A stretch of 62,253 nucleotides of DNA, counting the filler, from Vannella sp. (Eukaryota), in NCBI GenBank assembly GCA_023345925.1. It is 8 parts of 8 records of this genome, joined end to end, with 100 filler letters (N's around TTAATTAATTAA, not from the genome) between each part and the next. Parts side by side here need not be neighbours in the genome. Positions count along the whole stretch, not along the records: positions 35,569 to 42,591 come from JAJQQN010000259.1; positions 42,692 to 54,313 come from JAJQQN010001225.1; 6 more parts are not named here. The stretch is one strand, 5' to 3'. A program made the position numbers and the translations under genes. A model generated the notes under the pieces. The model worked only from the letters and a program-made list of their open reading frames with translations. It searched no databases and was not told the DNA's origin. Positions 35,569 to 46,410 of this stretch are shown in pieces (within the stretch, counting starts at the first letter, position 1; every line of letters begins with the position of its first letter).

Positions 35569-36496
35569 CCGCCTTCTTTTGCACACCAGGAGGAATTCGA
35601 TACAAAGTGCACTTTACGGTGATCTCTTCGGTTTTGAGGCATGATTCGAAAACCCTGCTCGAAAACTTGCGGCAAAACGTATTCTCTCACCCAATTTGGG
35701 CCCATTTTGGTGTGAAGAAAACAAATGTGTGGATGGATAATGCTGGACAACATTTTAGAAACTTTGAGACATTTGCGACCTTCTATGATCTCGGTGAGCA
35801 AAGAGGCCAAGAATTTGAACTCAACTTTTATGCTGAATATCATGGAAAATCGGAATGTGACCATCATTTCGGACTGATTAGCCGGCTGTACAAGGAAGCC
35901 ACACGCTTTGGAGTCAGCAAGGACATACAACCACTCAAGATTTCGTACAAATGTACGCCGATGGCATTAGAGAATCTGGCGGGCATGTCCTACCCCTCCG
36001 TGGTGGTTTCTGGGAAGAACTTCTTCCTGAGTCGGGACACAAGCCAAACGTGATAGTTTCCGAGTTTGAATATGGTGACCAAACAGAATTTATGAGAAGA
36101 CTGCTGGAGTCGGGAAGGGCTGAAGACGAGAAGAAGCCAAAAATGCCCTTACCGTATTCAAGGAGACGATTGGAAGTGCAGCCCACCCAGAAAGGAGGTA
36201 AAAAGTTAATGTTTTCCATGAACTTATACTACCACTTCTCCTTTGCTCAAAGCAATGCTGGTGATTGGGTAATCAGTGCTAAGCTGCACGACCGAGTGCA
36301 AAAGACTGATTTCCCGTTCTGTGTCTCACAGACTTTGGATTCAAATTATAGCGTTACCCTTGGAGTGTCAACTACGTGGAGGCCAAAGTATAGCACTATC
36401 ACTACCGTCGTCCGACGACGAAGGTTCCATGAGGAACAAGATTACGGAGTTCCAGCCCAATTTTTACAGTTCCCGGAGATTTTCAATGAGGAATTA
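35569..36496 (+). pseudogene. Sola(2)-like DDD/E transposase, 5'-truncated, frameshifted (~35925) and interrupted at its 3' end
   Basis: WMDNAGQHFRN and FYAEYHGKSECDHHFG motifs; two overlapping ORFs (35607-36053, 35951-36595) in different frames. Confidence 0.65.
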
Positions 36497-38106
36497 GGGT
36501 GGGGTGCTTTATGCGAAACGGGTGCTTTATCCGAGACAAAGCCCACCTGTGGGGTCTTCGTTCAGTGGGGAACGCGTATCATTTCAGTCAACTGAGGACA
36601 CAAGAGCTCGTCATTCATCCCTCTACATCAATATAAGAGACTTTCTTTCATTAAAGTGGGCTGTTGTGTTCACTACAGAGACGTAAGAGTCCTTTCAGGT
36701 CGGGGTGGGGTCGTTCTCTCTGCACCCTGGCAGCTTGTTAAGAGCTCCAAAAGTTCCTTACCTATATTTTGTTATCGTTTAGGAGGGAGGGACTGGTAAA
36801 CTCATTCCAAATGAGCAGCCAATCGTCATCGAAATGATTGAAGAGACTCACTGGCGATGGTGGTGATACTCGCTCACCAGACTTGTGCAGCAAGGTAGGA
36901 CAGTTTTGTATGAGATCCATAGTTGTTCATTCCATGTCTAAATTGGCTACGCAAGACCTTCAGTTCGCCAAGAATTCGTTCCGACAACGGTTGAGGACCA
37001 AGCCTAGTTTCACCAAGAACACCAAGAGTTGGCTACTCTTCTTGTGGTATCAGGTTACAAAAGGTAAGTTATGAGGTATGAATGTCTTCTTGAGTTTCAG
37101 CAGCTGCTTCCGTTGGAGCTTGAGAGGGAAGGGGCAACTCCACAAACACTCCTCTTGTTCTGTGTTGAAATCAAGGCTCTGATGATAAAGAACTGCTTAC
37201 ATCCTTATTTATATACAGATTTTTGATGAAACAATGATGTGAGCTCAAGACCGTTGGTGCAGTGTGGTGCTTTGGAGAGATGAGGTCACACCTATCGCCT
37301 CGATGGAAGACGGGGTCGTCCTACGTCAATCTCATTCCCCTCGCCTTCACAGACGGTTACTTACTGCTGAAAGTAAAACATTCAAGTACGTAGTTCATTC
37401 TGTCAGAGCTCTTACCGTCTTTACTTGCAGAATCTTGTTGTGATCATCCACTTTCTGGGGAGGATGACTAAAGTCAGCTTCCACAGGTCTGTGAAGAGGT
37501 TCTTCAATCCGATAGATAGAATGGTAATATAGATCTTTGCTTTTTAAAGAAGAGTGTACCTTTTTCTTGTTGAAAGGTCCTCCTTGAAGGGAGGAAACTT
37601 GAGGCGAGGTAGGATGCCTGAAAGGCATGATACATTTGAAAACTACACGGCGTACACCTCAAATCATCATGAAAGTGTTCTGCAGAGGATTCTTTTCAGT
37701 TTTCAAGAACCTCAATCCCTCTCGAAAAGACAACAAGAGCTCCCCGGTCCGTTCAAAGTTGCTGGAGACACCTGTTCATTTGTTCTCGCCATTGGGGGTG
37801 GTATTCGCTTCACAACCCTCCTAAATGGTGAAGTACCATATGTTTGCAGCTTTTGAAGCACTTTGCAAGCTGCCAGGGAGTATGCAGTACGACCCCACCC
37901 CAACCTGAAAGGACGCGTAAGTCTCGACAGGGACCACAACAGCCCACTATGATAAAAGAAAGTAGCGTATATTGACGTAGAGGAATCTATGACGCGGTCT
38001 TGCGTCCTCAGTTGAGCGAATGATCAAGTTCACCACCTGAAAGAACACCCCCACAGGTGGGCTTTGTCTCGGATAAAGCACCCGTTTCGCATAAAGCACC
38101 CCACCC
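36497..38106. mobile_element. Non-autonomous TIR DNA transposon (1610 bp) with ~291-bp imperfect TIRs and a TA target-site duplication
   Basis: The first 58 nt (gggtggggtgctttatgcgaaacggg...cacctgtgggg) are the exact reverse complement of the last 58 nt; patchy identity continues to 36787/37816; TA at 36495-36496 and 38107-38108. Confidence 0.9.
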
Positions 38107-38320
38107 TACGAATTTGAACTTTCTTAGGTCTTTTCCAGAACAAGGTAGTTACTGCAAAGGCCTTAACTGTGATACTGCTAAAGAGAATGCATAGTAGTGG
38201 TTATATATTACACGGTGGCCATTTCTGTACCTAACCATGATCGGCGATCCCCTAATAATGACCGTGATATCATAGTAATAGTATATCATAATGAGCAATA
38301 GTAATAATTGTATGATAAAT

Positions 38321-38520
38321 GAAAAGGCATTCCCCCACCGGCCAAAGGCGAGGAAAGCTAAGAGAGCAGGTGGGGTGGCAGAGTTGAGGATGGGGTGAGT
38401 CGTTCCCGTGCCGACCACGGGCGAGGGTTTTGTAAAGGAGCAGAGGAGGGCATAGGTTGAATAGGCATTCCCCTACCGACCAAAGGCGAGGGAAACTCAG
38501 AGGGCAGGCGGGGAGGAATG
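38321..38520. repeat. Three degenerate ~65-75-bp direct repeats
   Basis: gcattcccc(c/t)accg(g/a)ccaaaggcgagg at ~38327 and ~38465, with a divergent copy at ~38401. Confidence 0.7.
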
Positions 38521-38711
38521 GTGCACGCTGCAGTCTTGGAAGAAAGAAGAGCTGCTGTTACCGATCATGTGGCCCATCTGGTTGGTCTGTCCCATGCGGT
38601 AGCCTTGCACACCAGAGAATCGGGCCAAAGGTCCTCGAGTCAGAATGTGGCCTCCCACACGGCTGGTCTCGGATACAGCGTCTCCTTGGGCGAGGACCCT
38701 GCGTTGGTGGG

Positions 38712-41700
38712 TTAAAGATAAAAGACCAGCCCATCTTTTGGAAAAAAGTCACGTCCTGCTTCAGGGTTGGAGATACAGAATTGGATTGGGAAAACGTGCT
38801 TGTAGATGACTTCATATTTGCCCTTTTTCTTCTGCTCCTTCTTCCTATTTCTCCGAGACGAAACCACAGAAGTTTTTTTACTTTTTACTCCAGAGTCCTT
38901 GACAGGCAGAGTATGAGCATCAGCTCCATCATTGGGAGCGTCCAGAGGTCGTGAACAGATAGGACCAGCAAAACCAACCCATTTGCAGTGCTGGTTGGAA
39001 TCATCCAGTCGTGAGTGCAGATCACTGATTACCGCAGCCGTTGGAAAACTCCAGCTTGTACTCTGCCCCTTTCTGCAAACCCAGATCAGCCTCTTCCATT
39101 CGAGTGAAACTTGATGGCTGTTTGAGCACCATTCCTTTTCCCAATACAACGAAACACACTGGTCGTTGATAAGTAAGGAACCGGTGTTTGATTCAGTCCA
39201 GAAAGGAAGTTTCAATTGCCGTACCCCTGGTACTGTTTCCGGTGCTGCTCCGGATGGTGCCTCGCTGTTGCTCATGCTTAACTCTGTGCCAGGAGATTCT
39301 GCATTGACAAGCTGAGCTCCATGAGTCAACAAAGTGCATCTGTGTTCCAAATCATCAGAAGTTGACTCAATGCCCTCGGTGCTGGTCTCGTTATCGACAA
39401 AGTTTGGAGTGACAGACTGACTTGCTTCTTCGGTCAGGGGCTTAGTTTCAGGAGCTAAGAAGAAAAATTGTTTCATCTTCTCTCTTGGAACCGCAAAGGC
39501 TACAACACACGGCTCTCCTCCATAGTATGAATAGGCAGTCCTTGCTGCCGAAGCAAAGCTTGTGGTCAGATAGAACGATCCCGTCGTGTTGAAATCCAAG
39601 TTTGGCTTTCCTATTAACTGAGGATATTGGGCTACAGAGGTGGCGTAAATTACTGAGGTTCCGTGGTACAGGAGCACGTTGTTGTTCAAATCCAGGTCAT
39701 CTTTGTTCTTGAAGTTGTCCAACGCCCCCTTCACCGCACAGTCCTCCTCCCCACCATGGAAGACGTCTTTAGGACTTCTACTAGAAGAGTCGATGTTGTA
39801 GCTTGGTGGGCTTCCTATTACCTCTGCCCATTGGCCAGTGGGTCCCGGTTCCGATCCAGCATGGCTCGTTGGCGTGTAGTCTATTGCAAGGTAGGATTTG
39901 AGAAAGCCAGTAAGGGACATAGAGTCAACGGACATGTTCCACTCGGTCATATCTTTGAACCATTGATCCAAAGTTCTAGTAAGGTGCTGGTGGAAGATCT
40001 TCTTGGCAAATGCGACCAACTTTTCTCCTTTTGGGGGAGGGGTCTCTAACATTCCAAGGAAGAGGTCGTTGCCGTCGACAAATCGATGCCGTAGTATCTG
40101 CGAGTGACCTGTTGCCATCTTGGAGAGGAACTCCATTGAAATGCCATGTCGAAACATAAAAAAGAAGAAGTCGATCTCATCCCCTTCTGAATCGGAAGTC
40201 TCCTCTTCCTCTTCTTCTTCTTTCTTCAGACCAGCCAAGGAGCTCTGCAGGCTCGTGTCAGCTTCTTTTGAGACAACACGGCAGAAACGCAAGAAAGTCA
40301 CAAAAATCAATTCTTCCTCAGGAGAAGATGGGAGGAGCTCCTCCACCACTTTTGCAAAGTCTTCTACAACCAAAAACCACTGGTTCTTCAATTTCTCGGA
40401 GACTACACATTCAGGCTGCGAAAGAGCCCAACAGGCCAAAGTGAACATGCCCAACTTTTCAGGCGACTCATCGCACCGTCGAAGAAACTTCACCAGGCTT
40501 GCAACCGAGGCGAGGTTGGCTTCTCCTATCTTCTTGTTCCAGACTTCAGGCACGGCACATGAATCCATCGCAAATAATCTCCTTCGCTCCTGTTCGGTGA
40601 TCACCAAAGTTTTAGCCTCATCACCTGGGTGAGCGCCACTCCAGAGAGTTAATGGTAACATCCACGATCTGAGAGACTGTTTGTCCAGGAGGGCGCGTGC
40701 ATCTACTCCACACCGAGCAGCAAAGAGAACATTGGACCAAAATTTCAGGCTCCCAGCCTTTTTCCCCACGGAGTGGCCGTATACTAAGTGGTGTCTTGGA
40801 GAGTAAAATTTGGTCTTCAGATCGTTCAAGTTCCCAGTGGTACTCCACTTGGAAGAGCGAGAAGCAAGTTCGGTCGGAACGCCAAGGATAGACAGGGCAA
40901 CCGGCCCAAGAATGTCATCTTTGGGAGCAGCAAATCGGAGCATCAATGATAACAGAAGGTTCATAAGCGCCTGCTCAGTCTTGTCATCGGAACCTTCATC
41001 TTGTAACAGAGCAACACGGTCACTGAAAAGTTGTGAGACTATATCACTGGCACTGATGGCTTTAGAGGGCTGCAGAGCTCTGAAGAAGTCCTCTGATTCC
41101 TGAGAGACATCAATTGGTGACTTAAACTGTTCGATATCCAAACATTCCGTTGTTGAAAGAGTCTCACCATTGAAGTCCAAGTCAGCTGCATTCCTTGAGG
41201 AGAGTTCAATGATGTCCAAGTTAGCTGCATTCCTTGAGGAGAGCTCAATGATGTCCAAGTCAGCTGCATTCCTGAACATGGCCCCAGCAATCTCAAAGGA
41301 TCTACAATTTGTCACGTCTGAAAAGAGTGACAAAGCAGAGCCGTGCATCTGGTCCAGAGCCTTTTAGGATGCGAAGGGATGACACACATCTGAAGGATGG
41401 ATGCCACCAGCTCATTGTCCTTGCACAAGACCTCTTTCTCCTGCTCACACACGTTGACAACCGTTCGGAGAGCAAACAGGAGGTATGCCAGAGCAGAGTT
41501 GCGCGGGTCGCTCTCTTGTTCCTTAATCGTGTTCAACAGGGAGAAGCGGAGAGTTAGATACAGACTTTCACACAGTCTAGAATCATTGCGAAGATGTTCT
41601 TTCGGAGCATCCATGCACAATGATGCAACTCCTCGGCCGAAGGCACCTAATTCGCGAGTGGAGGAGCAAGGACCTTGAACCTGAGACAGGCAAACCTCCA

Positions 41701-42379
41701 ACAGGGAGGTGCGCAAACCAGAGCGCATTTGTGCGAACTTGCGGCCCAGAGCGGCACACAGGTAACAACGAAGCAGTGGAATGGTAAACAAAGGATCGAT
41801 CGGGCACGAATCTTTGTCGAGGGGCCCACGAAGGAGATCATTCAGGTAGCTAGGGCATTCATCCTCGTTTGGTAGGTAAAGAGACTCATTGAGTGCCAAC
41901 TCATACGCCATCCACAGGGCCACGGACAACTCAGCTGTTGGAAGACAACTAGGAAGGCCTCGGAGGCCCATGGAGAGTTTCTCTGTTACTTCAGCCTTAC
42001 AAAGAAGCTTCTGGGTTCGGCGTGAGCGCAGGTATAGACATAGAGTGGGCCAGGTCTCCATGTTGGTCGGGAGCTCCATTAGTTCACAGATCAGCTTCTC
42101 CAGCTTTTCTTCCTCTTCCTCAGTTGTCACAGCATCCTCTTCCCCAAGGACTTTGTTTACTTCGATGCAGGGGAGGTGCCGTTGGATCTCCTTTCTAGAT
42201 TCCGGTTGCACTCGGGTGGTTGAGTTCCTTTGGTTTGCAACAGAGCTGAAGAAGGAACGTAACTCCTTGGTTGTGCAAGAATATGACTTTTCGATATCAT
42301 CAACACCACCAAACCTGATCGCGTTCTCCCTCCTGGAAGACAGTCGCGTCATCATGGCGCAGGAAAGGGAAACTACCAT
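38712..42379 (-). CDS. Large protein (two ORFs, 41312-42379 and 38712-41348, probably one frameshifted gene): helical N-terminus and C-terminal DUF3990-like ADP-ribosyltransferase-fold domain
   Basis: LLYHGTS...LDFNTTGSFYLTTS..SA, EWKRLIWVCR, FAGPI and IQFCISNPEA; one extra A at cctaaaagg would fuse the ORFs. Confidence 0.6.
41175..41273 (-). repeat. 39-bp coding tandem repeat x2.5 (RNAADLDIIELSS)
   Basis: gtccaagtcagctgcattccttgaggagagttcaatgat units. Confidence 0.9.
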
Positions 42380-42691
42380 ACGCCCAATCTTTCTGATTGG
42401 TCAGTAGCTTTCTGTTTTTTTTCTCGTTTTCCCACGCTCCACGGTGTCGGGCTCCAGAAAATCGGGGTCCAGCGCAGTTGAGGACACAAGGGTGTCCCGG
42501 TGGCAGGTCCAGTTTATTCCTTTGTTCGAGAAAAGTCACGAGCGGCGAGGGCATTTCTCCTCATTTGGGTCCGACAGAGCACCCAAAACTCNNNNNNNNN
42601 NNNNNNNNNNNNNNNNNNNNNNNNNNNNNNNNNNNTTAATTAATTAANNNNNNNNNNNNNNNNNNNNNNNNNNNNNNNNNNNNNNNNNNNN

Positions 42692-43897
42692 GCGTCCAAG
42701 TTTGTTTCTCGAAGCCAAGGCGAAAGCCTCGGAAGTAACAAGACCGCCACCTTGGAGGAGGGTCTCTGCTGCACTGGAATCGTTGGCATTCAAGATCCCC
42801 TTCGCCCTGAGGCCAAGGACGCTGTTTACCAATGCCAGAAGGCTGGTCTGGTGGTGCGCATGGTCACTGGAGACAACATCAACACCGCCAACTCCATCGC
42901 TCGTGAAGCTGGCATCCTCACAGACGGCATTACCATGGAAGGAAAGGACTTCCGCAAGCTCTCCGAAGAGAAACTGCGCGAGATAGTCCCCACTCTCCAA
43001 GTACTGGCCCGTTCATCACCCCAAGACAAGTACGTCCTCGTTGACACGCTCAAGAAGATGCGCCGAGTCTGCTGTGTGACTGGTGACGGCACCAACGACG
43101 CCCCCGCGCTCAAGAAGGCTGACGTTGGTCTCAGCATGGGCATGTGCGGCACGGAAGTAGCCAAGGAAGCCTCTGACATCGTCCTCCTCGATGACAACTT
43201 TGCCTCCATCGTGGCATCGATCATGTGGGGCCGCTGCGTGTACGACAACATCCGCAAGTTCCTCCAGTTCCAGCTGACCGTCAACATGGTCGCTCTGACC
43301 ACCGCCTTCTTCGCTGCTCTCTTCGAGTTCGGAACTCCATTGACCGCTGTGCAGTTGCTTTGGGTCAACTTGATCATGGACACTCTCGCCGCTCTGGCTC
43401 TGGCCACTGAACCTCCAAGCAAGGACTCTTTGAAGCGTAAGCCATACGGACGTGATGACAACATTGTGAGCAACACGATGTGGCGCAACATCATCTGCCA
43501 AGGTCTCTTCCAACTGGTCCTTCAGTACTGGGTGCTCGTTCATGCTCCCGTGACCTTCGGGCTCATCCCACAGTCTCGTCTGCACCACACGCTCTCCTTC
43601 AATGTATTTGTATTCTGCCAGATCTTCAACGAGTTCAACAGCCGCCGCGTGGGCAACGAGAACGACATCTTCACGGGCATCTTCAAGAATCCCATGTTCG
43701 TCTCCATCGCCATCATCACCGTCATCGTGCAAGTGTTATTCGTTCAGTTTGGTGGCTCTTTCACGCAAACCGTGCCTTTGCCGCTCCACTTGTGGGGCTT
43801 CTCTGTGATCGCTTCCTCCCTTTCGCTCCCCGTTGCCGTCCTCTACCGCTTGATCCCCGTCCCCAAGAACTCTGAGGAGAAGCAAAAGCAAGAGTAA
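42692..43897 (+). CDS. P2B-type (PMCA/ACA) Ca2+-ATPase, C-terminal part, 5'-truncated
   Basis: GIQDPLRPE, MVTGDN, ARSSPQDK, TGDGTNDAPALK, QFQLTVN and QLLWVNLIMDT. Confidence 0.95.
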   Translation, partial: ASKFVSRSQGESLGSNKTATLEEGLCCTGIVGIQDPLRPEAKDAVYQCQKAGLVVRMVTGDNINTANSIAREAGILTDGITMEGKDFRKLSEEKLREIVPTLQVLARSSPQDKYVLVDTLKKMRRVCCVTGDGTNDAPALKKADVGLSMGMCGTEVAKEASDIVLLDDNFASIVASIMWGRCVYDNIRKFLQFQLTVNMVALTTAFFAALFEFGTPLTAVQLLWVNLIMDTLAALALATEPPSKDSLKRKPYGRDDNIVSNTMWRNIICQGLFQLVLQYWVLVHAPVTFGLIPQSRLHHTLSFNVFVFCQIFNEFNSRRVGNENDIFTGIFKNPMFVSIAIITVIVQVLFVQFGGSFTQTVPLPLHLWGFSVIASSLSLPVAVLYRLIPVPKNSEEKQKQE

Positions 43898-43957
43898 CTC
43901 CTCCACCTCACCAACAGCTGTCTGAATAAAGCCTTTTCTCGAGCTGCTTCCGCTTTA

Positions 43958-46321
43958 TCAAAGCCGCTTCCTCTTGGGTGGGGCAACGGACTGTCCCAGC
44001 CGCTGCAGGAGCAAGTTTGGCCGTCCACGATTGAATATGACTTCTTCTACATCACTACCACCCGCAGCAATGAGGCGGGAACGAATGGTAGCGGGAGTGA
44101 CCTCGGCCCAGAAGGGGAAGGCGACTAAACGGTATCCGGACGCTTCCCAGCGCGTTCGTTCGCTCTTATCGATGGCTGCTAGGCGAGCGAATCGATCAGG
44201 GTCATCCTTTTCCACAGTGTCGTAGTGGGAAGGAGGGCGGAGGACGAAGGCAACTCGCTGGTTGGGAAGGAATGCAGTGACGGTTTGGCCCATCTCCGGC
44301 ACGTAGTGGTTCACTAGCAGAGGCAGGTTAGGTGATAAAGAGAAAATATGAAGAAGTGCACACTGCAAGAGCTTGTCAGCAGGTGCCACATGATCAGACT
44401 GGTCGAAGAACTCGTCATACCAAGTTACTGTGGGATACACCAGCCTCATGACAGCAGCCCAAGTACCGTACTGCTGCAGAAGAGAGCGAAAGCCTGGTCG
44501 CCTCGAAAAGTGGCCTTGTGAGAGAGTGTACCAATGGAACTTTGTGGCAAGTTGGAGCTCTTTCTCCAAAGGCATTAAAAGAGTTTCTACGTTCCTCCGA
44601 TCCGCCCAGAAAGTTGGCTGCGCTTGCTCCAGGATATCTGTCTTACGATGTGGATGGGCTAACAGTATAAGGGCAAGGAGAGAGTGGTGATATAGGAGGC
44701 AACGCTTCGCAGAATGTTCCTCAAAGTCACTTACTGAGAATCTGGTCCACTCCACAGGGTCTTTGATCCCCACATATCGTGCCAAAGACTCAGCAGCTTC
44801 CAAATGAGCACCCAAATCTCGCTTCCAAAAGGAATGGGAGAGTGGAAAGCGAAGCAAGTCCCAATGAAAATGGGGAAACAGCTCCGGCAGGAATGCGTTG
44901 GGTGACTTAAGCACATTCAGTGAGCGACGACTGTAGTCTCTTATCTTAGAGTATGTCAAGCGGTACCAGTCCTCCATATGCTGAATATTCAAGTTATTCT
45001 GAAGATCGTCCGCAAGTCTCTTTCTCACTTCATAACGCTGATTATCTCCCCGGTTGACCTTTGAGCGGACCTGCAGGGGATCCTCAGAGACTCTCTCTGG
45101 CCCATAGATATTCCTGAGCGCTTCGTGGAGGTTCCCGTACTGCTCCAGGATGCGAGAGCCCCCCAAACGGCGGAAGGCATTGTGAGTCACTTGGCGCCAA
45201 TCCTCCAAGCTCTTCATCTTGAACACTTGCTCCACGTATTGAAGGAACTCGTAATGGCGCTGGGGGTCCTTCCACTCATGGTGGCTCTGGACTGAAGGCC
45301 AGACTCTCTCGGGATAGACATTCCGCAGCATCTCACTCCGAGAGGAGAACCTCTTTAGGACCTCTCTACCTCCTACTCTGTGTATGTTAGCTGTAGGTAC
45401 AGTAAAGAGCTCTTCAGGACGCTCAAGACTGTAGAACTGACACAGGAAGTCCAGAAAGACCCGCTGGTTCTCTCGTTCGTCCCAGAAGGTTGGGTCCAGA
45501 CTCGGTCGTAGTGGTTCCCAGTCTTCTTCAGGATACGAGTGACGTAAATGATCATAGAGATTGCCAGCACGCAGCAGCCCCCGCCCTCCTGCTTCTTTAA
45601 TGGCGGTGGGATCGATTTGGCTCCAATCCATGGGCACTGCGACGCGCTGTTCCGCGCCAAACCGGTCCAAGAAGGACTTGACATGCTTTACATCTTTCCA
45701 ATACTCCTCAGCGTTGTCCACGTTGAAGCTATCTGTCTTGGTGAGGTACTCGGAGGCTTCTCCCGCTGAGGGATAGAACAGTAGAAGAGACTCTCCTCCT
45801 ATTCGCGAAAGCTGATCATTGCTCACGTGATTCCAATCAACAATGTCGTACAGGCTCGCCCACAAGCTCAGCAGCACCCGTTGATTGCTCTTCTTCGTCC
45901 AAAATGAACGAGGGAGGACCCCTTTCGGTTGTTGCTTGAGTTCTTCAGGAGTGTATACTACCAATAAGACCAAAGACCATCAGTTTGCAAGGAAGCAAAG
46001 AGGATCAGACGAGTACTCACGAGAAAGGAGACTCTCAGCCACTGTCTCCTCGTTGAAGAGGCCTGTCTCCTCCAATCGCCCTCTAGACAGAGAAAGCCAC
46101 TGTAAAGGATGACTCACGTTCATCTTCAGCTCCCACTCTCGCCGGTACTCGGCTCCCATCCGAACTACAGACGAGCTCATGATCTGCCGACTCTCCCCAG
46201 CCCAGCAGCGCCTCCAAACCGGAACATCTCTTCCACCACCACCCTTCCTCCACCACACAAGCCCCACCGAAGGCCCAGCCACGCGCCTTGGCGCAAACAA
46301 CAGCGAACAAGCTCGCCTCAT
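43958..46321 (-). CDS. Putative mitochondrial helical-repeat protein with a C-terminal RAP/PD-(D/E)xK-like domain (one intron, ~45959-46020)
   Basis: Arg-rich N-terminal presequence-like segment; about 7 repeats of FWxxxxNxRxFL...W..v....GG..LL..Y...L...YPE..W; C-terminal AFLPNQRVAFVLRPPSHY...GYRLVAFPFW. Confidence 0.6.
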
Positions 46322-46410
46322 CCTCCCCAAGGCCTTCGAATGCCTCCAGCGCCCTCCCCAGAGCCTTCTGCTCTTCCAGGAAGTGAAAGGACCACTCTAT
46401 TAGGCGCTGG

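Noticed and set aside
36800..37800. Fanzor/TnpB or transposase inside the TIR element
   Set aside because: Only short ORFs; no RuvC, zinc-finger or DDE motifs were recognisable in the frames I read
41175..41273. 39-bp repeats as a possible CRISPR array
   Set aside because: Head-to-tail with no spacers, in-frame coding, eukaryotic context and no cas genes
42826..43732. Long antisense ORFs over the Ca-ATPase
   Set aside because: Expected from strong C/G third-position codon bias; no recognisable motifs
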